DNA of 64,000 nt from Okamejei kenojei (taxonomy: Eukaryota): contig CM069174.1 in assembly GCA_035221665.1 (NCBI GenBank), positions 8,122,001-8,186,000 on the forward strand. Direction: 5' to 3'. A program made the translations under genes and the position numbers. The notes under the pieces were generated by a model. That model saw nothing but the letters and a program-made list of their open reading frames with translations. It made no database searches and was not told where the DNA came from. Positions within the stretch are counted from its first letter, which is position 1. Every line of letters starts with the position of its first letter. Positions 38,343 to 51,761 of this stretch are shown here, one piece after another.

Positions 38343-40844
38343 TTAGATGATTTGCATCTCAAAATGGGAAATTATTAAATAATAGACTGATAATAAGAAT
38401 AGTTAACTGAAAATACAACATTTTAGATAAGTGAAAGGAGCAACGTGATTTCAATATACAGCTACTATTCAATATACAAATTATTCAAGGTGGCGATGGA
38501 CCAGAAGATGTGGCAATTTTGATTTTAGTAAAGGACAAATTAAATACTTGATTTTTTTTTCAAATCTTAGGAAAAGAATACAAAGGCAAGTTAAAACTGG
38601 GCAGCATCTTAAGGCAACAATTAGAACATTGTGTACAGTTTTGGGCAAACTGATCAAAACATGCAGTGAAACATTACCAGAACTGATGAGTCCATTAGTG
38701 TGGAGAGACTTGTTTAAAATTAGGCTTTCACTGAGTTCGATGGATTTATCCTTGTATCTAACACCAGAAATATTTTTAGTCCACGGGTTTCTTCCTTGCA
38801 TTTAAATTGGCATTGTTGGTGATTACTTCAGGTCACATTAATGAACAAATACAATGAATAACGGAACAGAATAGTGAAATTGATGTTTGAGTTCATTGTT
38901 AAAAGATCTGATTAATCTGATAATGAGCGTTTCTTCTTCATATCTGCCAAAAAAAGAGAATAACATCATTTATCAATGGTGTTTTTAGCTTACTGTTGTA
39001 TGCAAAAAAAAAACCCCTGCTGTTTTCTATTATATAGGTGTTAGTAATTTATATGTGAAAATAACTGGAATATTTGAGGAAGATGAAAACGTGTTGGATG
39101 ATCTTGTATGGCAGAATGATAGGTTGCAAGTTATAGTGTTAGTTTATGTTTTATGGCTGATTCATCGGCATTTCTCAATCAAGTTTCTATTAGAGCAAGT
39201 CAAGTCCAAAATACCACTTGCTGGAATTACAAATTTACTAAATATGACCACGTTTAAATAGCAAGAGTGGCAGCAGCTTTTGCAAATTGTTAACAGTTGG
39301 TGTTGTGATTCTTTATGCAGAGGCTTCTCCCCCTCCCCCCCCCCCCCATCCTAAATCACCATCACATGGGTATGCTTTAATGTTCTTTGAAGGAATGTCT
39401 ATGAAGATGATAGTTGGCCTTGTCCAGTGGACAATTTTTCATTATTTGTGTATTCGCCTTCATCTCAAGTCAAGTCAAGTCAGGTTTATTCATCACATAC
39501 ACATACGAGATGTGCAGTGAAATGAAAAGTGGCAATGTCTGCGGATTGTAGTGGAATAGGAATTCATTTTTTGATTATTGAAAAATAAAAATGCTGAAGA
39601 TGCAGAAAATCTGATATTTATAAAAACAAAATGCTGGGCATAACACTGCAGATCAAGCAGCATCTGCAGAGAGAGCAAAACAATGAATGTTTCAGGTGTA
39701 GTCACTGTTCAGAGCTGGAAAAGCCACCTGAAATAGCGACTCTTTCTCTCTCCACAGACGCTGCATGACCTGGGATGTAACCCTTGTATTTTCTACTTTT
39801 GTTAAACATTCTGGTTAACTAGTTTCAGTTAACTTCAGATTTAAATGAATTGGTGCAGTTGTACAAGTTTTAGGATTTTATGATACAATGTGGAAGGAAA
39901 AACCTGCAGCATCACCTACCTGCAACACCAGGACAACATTCTCATGTGTTTGCCCGGCATGGTTTCCTCATACTACCAAGTTAGGCTTTACTCCTACAGT
40001 ATGTGAAGGATGAATACCAATGGAACAGTGAAGATTATCTACCAGGTAGGTAATTTACTTTGACCACCTCCTCTCTCACTTCTTTCAGTCTTGTAGGCTT
40101 TGTTCTTATCACATCTATTTGGAATCTAACCATATCAGCAGTTATTTATCTCTGTTGCAGGCCAGCTACATGCTTTTTCACATATTGCCAAACATCAATT
40201 CAGTTGGAAATTATTGTGAATCCTCCACGATGTGAAATGGACATGGGGACCCATGCTTTAACTTGGTGTGTTGCACAATTTGAAAAGACTTTGACCATCA
40301 GCAAACATAACAGTATTTAAATGTGCTTGATGACTCCAGGATTAATTCCTGAAGTGGGAAATCTGATATTTTAAATGATTTGCCAAAGACACATCCAGTA
40401 GATACATAATTTGAGCAGGTTATACAAAGTCTGACAATTACTTTTCAGTTGCACAAGTTGAAACTTGGGCTAAATTTGAGTTGAATCATGTCATTCCCAA
40501 CCCAGTTATAATTGTGTTCCCTTTTAAAAATACAGTTTATGCAAAACACCAAGGTTCACATGAAACAATTACAACCCTGTCCTCTCCCTTCACCCCCATT
40601 ATTTGTTTAACGAGCTTTTGACTGGTAATTTATTTAGTATTATCTGTTTTAAAAACAGTGAACTGCCTTGAAAGATATGATTTAAAATGTTTCCACATTA
40701 TTAGCCATCTTTTGGAAATGTTTACCAATGAATGACAGGGATGATGATGTAAAAAGAGGTGAACGAATATTTTTGAAATTGAAATGTCAACGTTCTAAAC
40801 AACCTACATTTTGAACGGTTTTACCAGAATCTCTTTCTTTGTAG

Positions 40845-40968
40845 ATTTGGATAAATTTGCAGCCGATGATATCATGGATCCCATTGCCAAAGCAAAGATG
40901 GTGGCATTGAAGGGAATTAAAAAGGTCATGGCACAAGGAAACATCACTGTAGCACCAGGGATGAATAG
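40845..40968 (+). CDS. KMT2D: KMT2D coding exon (DLDKFAADDIMDPIAKAKMVALKGIKKVMAQGNITVAPGMN)
   Basis: Read by eye; close to the human sequence; ttgtag acceptor, gtaggt donor. Confidence 0.97.
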
Positions 40969-41164
40969 GTAGGTTTTAATTTGATTTTGTGCCGAATGAT
41001 AAAAAATAGGATTGGGCAGATTTAATACAAATGGAAATATTTTATTTCGTAATCCAGAATTAGATTTATGTTTCAGTGAAAATCAGATTTAAGCTTAAAG
41101 AATATTGAATTTTAAAAAGTCACTTCGCAATATTCACGGTTAATCAATTTTTATGGTTGCTTAG

Positions 41165-41252
41165 GCAGCAAGTTTCATTATTAGCGCAGAGGTTGGCTGG
41201 AGCTCCAGGAGCAAATGAGGCCCAGACTAAATTGCCACCTGGAAACAGTCAG
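41165..41252 (+). CDS. KMT2D: KMT2D coding exon (QQVSLLAQRLAG...)
   Basis: gcttag acceptor, gtatgt donor; homology to human QQVSLLAQRLSG. Confidence 0.95.
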
Positions 41253-41996
41253 GTATGTCACTTCTCTTTAAAAACTCGCTCATCACTTTTTTGATATTCT
41301 TAGTCATGCGTTGAGTACAGGAGAAGAATAAGCAATAAAAGACAAATAAAATAAGAAAAATAGCTGTTCACATTTTTTCGAGCAAGGAGTGCAATGTACC
41401 GTAAAAGAATTATCATCCTCAGAAAGGTGTTTTGGGGGGTGTTGGTAAGAGGATTGTATTTTGTTTTGTTCAGCTAAAACATGATGTGTATGCTTTTATT
41501 TCTTTGGGTTATTATATCCCCAGCAATCATTACCTTGTCCATTGCCCCTCCCTCAGCCAAGCTTCAGCAAAAAAATAATTGCAAGGCACATGGGAATTAC
41601 CAATAGCCACTTTACCAAATATGCATTGGCAAAGATCCAGCATCTGAAATCACATTGATTCAGGGTTTAAACAAAACTTGTCATTAGTTTTCAAAACTAA
41701 TTAATTTAATTGAAGTTTAAAATGTGTCATTCCACATGCATACTAAAAAATAGCAATGTTGTTGAAATTATGTAACTTGATTCACTCCTGAGCATATTTG
41801 CATTTTAAAAGTATAAAAGGGAGTTGATACTTTTTTCATTCCTTACTGCTTGGGTTCACTTGGCTTCACTTGGTTTTTGTTTGTTTCCCATTTCAAAAGT
41901 TCAGTATTAATTTATCCGGAAATCATCAAAATGTATAGATCTGGTTTTGCACAAGTCCAAATCCACTAATGATTAGGGTTTCCATCTTCCCAACAG

Positions 41997-42060
41997 GAAA
42001 CTAATAGTGAACAGGTGCAGACTCGGCCAAATCCACCAACCTTTGTCCAGGGGTTCGTAA
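41997..42060 (+). CDS. KMT2D: KMT2D coding exon (ETNSEQVQTRPNPPTFVQGFV)
   Basis: caacag acceptor, gtaagt donor; homology to human RPNPPTFAQG. Confidence 0.95.
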
Positions 42061-42665
42061 GTAAGTGTTTGGCTTTATTAGTGAACTGCGTGGCCGTTTG
42101 AAATCTTGCTGTTTAGAATTTTCTTTTAAATCTAGAATTTTCTTTTAAATATAACACTGAAATTGCTAAGTAAATCAATTAAAAAATAATACAACTTAAA
42201 CATAGAAGACGAGAGTTCAGGTCTGAGCATCTGCCTCTTTGCAGTCATTTGCGGTTTCTTGACTTTGCAAAAGGGCAGTAGTTGTACATTTTGGCACACT
42301 CCTTTGAAATCTTAAGATTGGCTTTCTCTGGTTCAGGTTTATCTTGTCAAAAACGTGCATGTTTGGCAACATTCCAGAAGGTGCTACTTGCTAAGTGTCA
42401 AGTAAATGCCTTACAGAATCTGTGTGAAGCTCTGCACTCTACAAAATGTTTTCATTCATGTGAATCTGAATCCCCAGCGTCAAGCTTTTCTAAAGAAACT
42501 GTAGACTTCCAGTTTTTTCCAGCATTCTGCTAAAAGAAAATGTCACAATCTCTACTGCTGTTAGATTAATATTTTGCCTGTACGAAATTCTTGTAATTAT
42601 TATAACTGCAAGCGGATTCAACCTGACCAACTTTTCAGTGTTCTGAGCAGATTCTTTCAGTTTTA

Positions 42666-42986
42666 AAGCCCTGTCCCACTGTACAAGTTCATTCAAAGAG
42701 TTCTCCCGAGTTTGTCCTGATTCGAACTCGGAGATTTACGGTAATGGCTGCTCGTCGGTACTTGGGGCTCTCGTGGACATTTTTCTACATGTTTAAAATT
42801 CTTCACGAGTCTTGCCGAGCTTACCTCGTTTCCCAAGTACCTGCCGTTAGCGTTACGAGCCGCTAAGAGACGTCCCTGAGCTCCGACGTAACAGCTACAT
42901 TCATTCTCCGTGCTTACCACGAGTTTGATTTTTTTTTTTAAACTCGGGAAAGCACTTGAATGAACTCGTACAGTGGGACAGGGCAA
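42666..42986. mobile_element. PIF/Harbinger-like MITE (second family)
   Basis: ~45-bp TIR gccctgtcccactgtacaagttcattcaa...; TTA at 42663-42665 and 42987-42989. Confidence 0.82.
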
Positions 42987-44582
42987 TTATGTCACCTAAA
43001 TTATATTGTTGGTGACAAGAGAATGAATTTGTTCGAGCACAAATACATTTGCCCAACATTTCTTGAGTTGAGCTGACACCCAGATTTAAACTCAATGGGG
43101 AAACATGCCTGTAACTCTACATTGTGCATTATACTTTCAGGTACACTAAACATTTGTTTGAAACATCTTCATGCTTCAGGGTGGCGGGAGAAAAATGTGC
43201 AAGGGTCAAAATTGCAACCAGCTTTTAAAACTGCCTATCTGTTGTGATTGGACCGCCACGAAGCCTTACTAGATAAATCTTAGATAAAGATAAAACTAGA
43301 TACATTTGTTGCCATGGATCACTCCCCAAATCTGTGTGAATTGTTTCTTTATTACTAGGCAAGCCTGCAAAGTTAAACCTTCTGGACATCATAAGAATGG
43401 TAACAGCCCTAAACTGGAAAAATATTCAGGCTTGCAATGGACTAATTGACCCAATCGGAGTTGTTGATTTTGTGTCATAATTCTGTTCTATATCCACTCA
43501 GTGATTTTTCAGCTTGAATAGGGTTTAAGTCGGATGTTATTTTAATGAGAGAATCCTGCAAATTTCTGGCAAAGCTGTAATTTCTGCTTGTCGGAATGGG
43601 CCGTGATTTGTCAAGTGTCTTTTTCTCAGTGAATTATTATCTTCTGGGAAGAATGTGGTCTCTCACATTCTAGGAAATTCACTTTGATCTGGTACAAAAT
43701 TCCCAGTTATAATGGTTTGTGAATCTTAATTTCCAAACGTCAGCTGTCACACTAGATTGGCAAGTTGCCTTTTACTATTTGAGCTTGTATTCACATCCAC
43801 CACCAGAGAATGGAAATACAACCTCCTCCCTTTTGTCTAGTAGTCCTTTATGGGGAGCCTCAAGCTGTTGGGGGAAAAAACTGCGATGGAAAATGGACAC
43901 GTGATAAATTAGCTCTTTACTATTTTTCTTCCAAGATCAAAGTTGTAGAAATGTGAACCACGAAAAATGCTGAAAAATTCTTCAAGGATAAAGCAGAATC
44001 TATGATGAGAGAAACAGTTTGCATGAAGGATCATTATTTTGAAATGTTACCTTTTTTTTTCATGTCCACGAGACTGCTACCAGCATTTTCTATTTAAATT
44101 TCCGATTTGTAGGTTTATAGATTCAGGTGTGCTTTAATCAGCTAGTCAGGTTGCGGAGACTAGTCAGAATACCACTAAAAATAAGATGCGCAGATGCCAT
44201 GTGAAGATGAAAACAAAATTGTATCTGATATACTGGCAGTATTCTTCTTCAGGCATTGATTTCCTGCATTCAAAAGTATGTGATATTCTTTTTAAAAAAG
44301 CTCCTTGCCCTTTTGACACTCCAATTTTATCAGAGGGAAATGGTTCCAGTATTATATTTGCATAAGGGAATGTTAGTTTTGAATTGTTAACAATATTCTA
44401 CTTTATTTTTAGAAGCTGTTGGCAAGATACCTAACAGAATGTATTTTTTCTTCCATCATTTATCGGTGCTGAATTTAACATCTTGTGCAATTGCTTTCAG
44501 GCAACTGTTAGCAAGGGAAGCAGACACAGAATGATTAAGACTTGCATGTTGTCTAATTATACATTTGGTTCTTGTGCTGTAG

Positions 44583-44815
44583 ATGAGGCAGAGCACCGGC
44601 AGTATGAAGAATGGCTGCTGCACACTCAACAGCTGCTTCAGATGCAGCTGAAATTTTTAGAAGAGCAGATTGGTGTCCACAGAAAGTCGAGAAAAGCATT
44701 ATGTGCCAAACAACGGACGGCCAAGAAAGCGGGACGCGAGTTCCCCGAGGCAGATGCAGAGAAACTTAAACGAGTTACAGAGCAACAAAGTAAAATCCAG
44801 AAACAACTTGATCAG
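44583..44815 (+). CDS. KMT2D: KMT2D coding exon, coiled coil (RQYEEWLLHTQQLLQMQ...KIQKQLDQ)
   Basis: Near-identical to human; ctgtag acceptor, gtaagg donor. Confidence 0.98.
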
Positions 44816-45498
44816 GTAAGGTTTGATGATGAGAGATTATTTTTATCTAAGGTTGACTTAGTCCAGTATCTTCCTTTGTTACCTTGATTCAACAATATTT
44901 TTTGCTCAGTAGTTGCTGTATGTAATATTGTAAATGCATGAACAGGTATGTGAAAGTCGTTGGCTCCATCTATCTTCCCATCCAATTCATCGCCACCTTT
45001 GTGATGAGACAACCATACATGCTTAAAGGCATGTTTGGTTGCTATTGCTTTGCCTATGTATTTTTGAAGCACTTCAGTATTCTTTCCATGTATGGAACAG
45101 GCATATATTGAAAAATGTACTTCACACCTTTGTGAAATCAATTTTGTCTTGAGTTCCATTTTTTATTCTCTGAAGCAGTAAATCCCTGCTTAAAGTTCCA
45201 CAGAAGCAGGTACATATCTTCAACCTGTCGTCTTAACATAAACATTTCCCTAATTAGAAAAAAAATGCCCGCGTTTTGTGGAATGAGCTCTGTCAATGCT
45301 GAAAGTAAACTTTGAATTATTATATTTACATCCTAGAAGTATGTCAATTTGGTTGGAAAATGAATTGCTCCCATTGAACTTAGTATTAAATTATAGGTTG
45401 TGCTGATTAAGTGGGTTATTATAAAATTATCCGGATTTAAAAAAAAAAATTTCAACGAAGGTATAATTAATTTTGTTTTTCTAAAAATTGTGTTTCAG

Positions 45499-48400
45499 GT
45501 CCGCAAACAGCAAAAGGAACATACAAATCTTATGACAGAATATCGGAATAAACAGCAGCAGAAATGCTCCTTATCTCCCTCAGGGGTGATAGGGACAGCC
45601 GCATCCCAGAATCCTCGCGTAATGCCTAAACTTGCAACACCCATGTTATCGGCAGCACTAGCCCAGCAAGGAGGATCAATCCTTGGACCCCAAGCATTAT
45701 CGCAACAACCAAATACACTAATAGGACACACGGGAAATATACGACTGCCACTTCAACAAGGACCAACTTTCTTAACCTCAGCTGTGACCCAACAGCAAGA
45801 ATATTCTTCTGCCTCAGCAACTGTCTCTTCTGCCGCTCCAACTAGCTTTTTTCCTGGAAATTCTGCTGCTCAGACGCTTGCGAATGAAAACAGACTCATG
45901 CAAGAGAGACACCTTCAGCTGCAAAGAATGCAGCTTGTTCAACAGCAAGGCCTAGTTGGGCCAACTCAGCAACAAAGCATCATGGGGAAATTACAACAAC
46001 AAAATGTCATTGGACAGCTTCAACCGACGACTCAGCAAAATATTGTCGGGAACAAACCAATATTGACGCAGCAGGCTCTCATGGGCCAACAGCAACAAGG
46101 CTTCATTGGCCAACAGCAGGGGATTATTGTACAGTCACAACACCAGCCAGGTCAGCAGCAACTGCCCCAGCCGCACATCGGTCAGGGGCAGCAGCAACCA
46201 GGGGCACCGCACCAACAGAGTCTAGCACCTCAACAGCAACACCTACGGTTGATGAGTCAACAGCATATGTCTCCAATTGGTCAGCAGCAAGGCCTCCTCC
46301 TACATCAGCAATCCCATCAACAGGGACTTGCCAATCAACCTAAACCTCCAAGGCCTCAGCAAGGTCTTATGGCACAGCAGTTGGCACATCAGCAAGGTCT
46401 TGCGGGTCAACAGCAAGTCCTTGCTTCTCAACAACAGCAACAGAATCTAGTTTTACAGCAACAGACATCCAATGCTGTTTTGCAACAGCAAGGACTCATA
46501 GGAACTCAACAAGTGAATGTTTCTCAGAGTCAACAGCTGGCAACAATGAGTCCATTGCAACAACATCACCTTCAAGCAGTGTCAGGACAGCTTCACCCAC
46601 AAAGTGTTATCAGGCAGAACAACATCCTTCGGCTGTCCACCCCTTTGCAAGGCCAGCAGCAAAATACAATGGTCCATCATGCCCGAATGCAGGGTATAAT
46701 GAGGCAGCAATCGCAAGATGTTTTGGGACAACACTTAGCATCACAAGGTATAATTGGACAGCAGACTCCATTGCACGTCCTCAGGCACCAGCTGCCAGGT
46801 ATGATGGGACAGGGGCAGCAGCAGCAGCAGCATCAATCCCAAGGCATGGTCACACAGAACATAAGGCAGCAGCATCAGCCGCTCGTATCAATGGAACAAG
46901 GACTGCAATCCCAGCCTCAGGGTGCAATGACCCAGGGTCAGCATCATCAGACCCAGAGCGCAATTGGACAGGGACAGGAGCATCTGCCCCTCACTGCAGT
47001 GGGAATGGGCCAGCAGGCACAGCCACAACCACCACCCTCCGAGCCCCATGTAACAATGGGGCAGGGAATGGGACAGCAACCTCCCCCACCCCAGAACATG
47101 ATTGGGCAACAACAACTGCCACCATCCCAATCCCATGGGACTATAGGTCAGCAAACACCATCCCAACCACAGGGTCCAATCGGGCAGGGAATGGGACAAC
47201 CGCTGCAGTGCCAGGCCACCGTGAGACAACAGCCGCCGACCCAGGGCATCGGCGGGCAACAGCCCCAGACTCTGCGCATGGGCACTGTGGGACAACAGCC
47301 CCAACCACTGGGTGCTGGCGGGCAACAGCACCAGACCCAGGCCACCACGGGACAACACCCCCAGCCACTGGGTGCTGGTGGGCAACAGGCCCAGGGCATG
47401 GTGGGACAACAGTCCCCAACCCAGGGCACGGTGGGACAACAAGCCCAGACCCAGGGCACATCGGGTCAACAGGCGCAGGGTACCGCAGGACAACAGGCCC
47501 TGACCCAGGGCACAGTAGCACAACTGGCCCTGGCCCAGGAAACGGCAGTTCAACGTGCCCAAGGTACCGCAGGTCAACAGGCCCAGACCCAGGGCACCGT
47601 GGGTCAACAGGCCCAAGGCACAGTAGGACAAGGGCCCACGACCCAGGGCATGGCTGGACAACAGCACCAAACCCAGGGCACTGCGGGACAACAGGCTCAG
47701 ACCCAGGACATGGCTGAACATCAGGCTCAGGACACAGCCGAACAACAGGCCCAGACCCAGGGTGCTGCAGGACAACAGACCCAGGGCAGAGCAGTTCAAC
47801 AACCCCAGACCCAGGGCACTGAGGCTCCACAACCCCAGTCTCGAGGCACAGCGGGTCAACAGCCCCAGTCCATGGGCACCAGCGGACTACAGCCCCAGTC
47901 CCAAGGCACTGCGACTCAACCACACCAGATCCTGGGTCCCGGCAAACAACAGCCCCAAACCCTAGGCCCCCGCATACAACAGCCCCAGTCCATGGGCACC
48001 ATGACTCAACAGCACGAGACCCAAGGCACCGACGGACAACAGCCCCAGTCACTGGGCACCGTGACTCAACAGCCCCCTACCCAAACCACTGACGGAGAGC
48101 ACACATCATCGCAGGGCACCGGCGAACAAGAGTCCCCGTCCCTGGCTACTGACGAACAACAGCCCCCGTCACTGGACACGGCGACTCAACAGCCACCGAC
48201 CCAAGGCAACAATGGAGAACACTCCTCATCGCAGGGCACCGACGGACAACGGCCCCCATCGCGGGGCACCGACAGGCAGCAGCCACCATCTCAGGGCACC
48301 GGACAACACCCCCAAACCCTGGGCACCGATGGACAACACCCCCAGACCCAGGGCACCAGTGGACAACACCCCCAGATCCAGGGCACCAGTGGACAACACC

Positions 48401-51024
48401 CCCAGACCCAGGGCACCAGTGGACAACAGCCCCAGATACAAGGACAACAGTCCCCATCCATGGGCACCGGCAGACAACAGCCTTTGGACAACGACAGACA
48501 GCAGCCCACATCACAGGGCAGCAGTGGCCAACAGGGTCAGGGCTCTGATGGACAACAGCACCTGTCCCAGGGCACTGTGGGCCAATGGCCGCAGATCACT
48601 GACGGACAACAGCCCCAGACTCCGGGCACTGACGGACAACACCCCCAGTCCCAGGGTGCCATGATACAACATCCCCAGTTCCAGGGCACCGGGGGTCAGC
48701 ATCCCCAGAGCCCCACAGTACAACATTCCCAGTCCCTGGGTGCCATGGTACCCCAGTCCCTGGGCATGGGTGGACAACATCCTCAGTCCCTGGGCGCCAT
48801 GGTACAACATCCCCAGTCCCTGGGCACTGGTGGACAACATTCCCAGTCCCTGGGTACCGGTGGACAACATCCCCAGACCCAGGGAGCCATGGTACAACAT
48901 ACCCAGTCCCTGGGGCCTATGGTACAACATTCCCAGGCACACAGTGCCATGGTACAACATCTCCAGACCCACGGCCCCATGGTACCGCATCCCCAGACCC
49001 TGGGCGCCACTGGACAACAGCCTCATCAGGGCCCTTTAGGGCACGGAGTAGTACAGCAGCAGTCATCCCAGGGAGCTGTGGGAATGGGTCAGCAGCCTCA
49101 GGGGCTCGGTCTGGCAGGAGTTGGACAACAGCAAACGCTATCTCCTGGTATAATTGGCGTGGCACAACAGCAGCTCCAAATTCAGAGTACAATGGGAATA
49201 TCACAACAGCAACCCCATGGCACCATTGGGATGGGACAATCTCAATCTCAAGCTCCAATGGGGCAGGCAAAGCAACAGCAGCAGCCCCAATGTTTGATTG
49301 GGATAAGGCATGGGCAACAGCAGCAACTACTCCATGGCCTGATGGGACAATGGCAATTGCAGACACAAGGTGTAGCCAGGCAAGGACAACTACAGAACCT
49401 GTCTGGTCAAGAACAGCTCTCCCAGACTATGGTGAACCAAGAGCAAGGACAGCAGCAACTGCGTTCACAGAGCATATTTGGGCAAAGTCAAGGACAGCTG
49501 CAACTGCAGAGCTTTATGGCACAGAGGCAGTCTCCGGGTACAATGGGGCAAGGACAGCGATTTCAGAGTTTAGGTACAATTGGTGGAGAACAGCAAGAGC
49601 AACAACAAGAGCAGCCGCCTCCAGGTACACTGAGTCAGGGACTGCAACGAGCCCAAATTGCAATGGAGCAAGATTCATTGCTGCCTCCCCAGTGTGTAAT
49701 GGGACAGGACCGTAACCAGCCACAGATTCAGAACGTGCCTAAGAACGCAGTAGGGCTGGGACAGTCTCCGGGTATGATGTATCAGAATCTACAAACACGA
49801 TCAGTGATATCAGTGCAACAAGCAATGCAGCAAGGTGTCGCAGGGCAGCAGAGATCAATTGCTCATCAAAATCAATTAATGAGACGTGTACACCCATCTG
49901 TTACAAATCTCCAACAGAATAATGGTCTCGGTTTGCAAGGAGTTGTGCGTGTAGCGACATCTCAGCAGCATGGAACAGTGGGAGATCCAAGGCAGGGAAT
50001 GCAAAGCATCATGACTTCACAGTCGTTTCAACAGCAGCATCCAGGCCTACGTCCAGTTCAAGTGACCAGTCAACAGATGGGTTTGGGTCTTCGTCCAGGC
50101 ATGGTTTATGTGCAGCAAATTAAAGCTGAACATGGAGGGAAACCTCAAGAGATGGCCCATCTAATTCAAAACAAACAAGCAAGGCAGAACACAGGGTCAA
50201 CAAATGAATTGGTATCTGCCCAAGCTCATTGCAATCGTTCTCAAATCCTCCATCCTGAGGTAAATAAAAACAATTCGGGAGATGTGTCACTACAAAATGA
50301 AACTTTGGACGCAATAGTACAGTCACAATCAGAAGTACTCAAAAGCCACGAATCTGAAGAAAGTACTCATTGTATGGCGAACCCTATTGGGATAATACAT
50401 CAGAAGATATTGGATTCTAAATCTGATGCATCGGCAATGAAGCCACATGGCACTGGTGAAAAAGCAAATTCTGTCACTGAGTCACAAACTAGAATTAATA
50501 TGGAGACGCATGAGCAAAGCGAGTTGACTAAAGCTTGCACATTCGACTTCCCAGTATCCCCCCAAAGTCAAGTCACAAAGGAGGAATACCCTGGACTGCG
50601 AGCAGAATCATCACTGTTGAATCAAACGAATGGGCAAGAGGAATGTGTACACAAAGTCGTGGGAAGACAGGATAGCTGTTCCAACTTACAGGATGGTACT
50701 GTTAAAGGTCCCAATGCAACAAGTGCAGGTCACTTAGTGAAACAGGAAAACATTGAGGCAATTCGCTGTGGGTATTCTGAGGGAACCTTAAAACATGAGT
50801 TAAATACTGACTCCTTCAATGCCTTGAATGTAGGGGACCAGTCTTTCCTTGCCCCCAGATCTGAAGCTGGACAGCTGCTTCTGCAGAAACTGTTGCGCAC
50901 TAAGAACTTGCAGCTTGTGGCACAGCGCTCTGGTGATGGAACACACTTAGCTATAAAAGGACACATTGAAAGCAAAGCCGTGATGATAGATCGGAAACTT
51001 CAAGGTGCAACTGGAAATCCAGAG
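45499..51024 (+). CDS. KMT2D: KMT2D giant Q-rich exon (5526 nt, 1842 codons)
   Basis: Starts VRKQQKEHTNLM and ends PRSEAGQLLLQKLLR...KLQGATGNPE; tttcag acceptor, GAG|gttagt donor; uninterrupted ORF 45400-51054. Confidence 0.96.
47100..49020 (+). repeat. Coding minisatellite, ~30-nt unit (decapeptide GQ[Q/H]PQ[T/S][Q/L]G[T/A]x)
   Basis: For example, 48301-48420 holds four near-identical units ggacaacacccccagacccagggcaccagt. Confidence 0.93.
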
Positions 51025-51589
51025 GTTAGTTTACAATTATGTCAGCAAAGTTGAAAATCGAGAAAAGTACAGGTACTGGAAATCTAAAATAAAAAAGTAA
51101 ATGCAGGGAATATTCAGCAAGTCAGGTTGCATCTATAGGAAGAGAAACGTAGAGTTAATGTTTTGGGTCACGACCTATTGTCAGAATTCAGGAGAGTGTA
51201 CTCTGTGTTTCTTCTCCCACGGATGGGGCCTGACCTGTTGAGTATTTTCAGCGATTCCTTTATTAAAAAATCTTGTATGTCAACAAGGGATGTGGGCCAA
51301 ACACTAGCAGACGGGATAAGCTTAGATTGGCGCCTTTTTCGGCATGGACGAGTTGGGCTGAAAGGCTTGTTTCCGTACAGCATAACCCTGACTATCTTAA
51401 AAAGCTTCAATAACAATATAAAGAGATGGAGCAAAAATAAATAGTCCCATAGAAATAACAACTGCCAAAATTAATGTGGGAGATTAAAAAAAATCCCAAA
51501 TATTTGTTTCTTGTTTTGGCTTGTCGTCTTGGCAGAAAGCATGTTTCTACAATACTAGTGGTAAAAATGGAACGGGTAAAGGCTCCAAT

Positions 51590-51750
51590 CTTCTTCTTTT
51601 CGCGTCCATCTTGTTACAAATGTTGACCTCGCCGTCATCGTCCGTCCTGAAAAGGACGCAAGCTTCCAGCGACAATCAGTGGAAGCCATCACTTGTCGCA
51701 ATAGATGATGGTGGTAGCAGAATTAGCTCAGGATACTTTCAGTTTCTAGC
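51590..51750 (-). mobile_element. Short (GAA)-tailed retroposon, probably 5'-truncated (element C)
   Basis: 11-bp TSD aaggctccaat at 51579-51589 and 51751-51761; minus-strand tail ggacgcgaaaagaagaag. Confidence 0.85.
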
Positions 51751-51761
51751 AAGGCTCCAAT

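Noticed and set aside
48301-48440. Regular 30-bp repeats resembling a CRISPR array
   Set aside because: No unique spacers, eukaryotic context, and in frame within a KMT2D exon.
46888-49366. Long antisense and alternate-frame ORFs (323, 303, 171 aa; Cys/Trp-rich)
   Set aside because: By-products of the GC-rich, stop-poor 30-nt coding repeat on the + strand.
51643-51658. Histone 3' stem-loop-like hairpin (CGUCCU-UUUC-AGGACG, minus strand)
   Set aside because: The base pair at the foot and the flanks deviate from consensus and there is no histone ORF; treated as part of element C.
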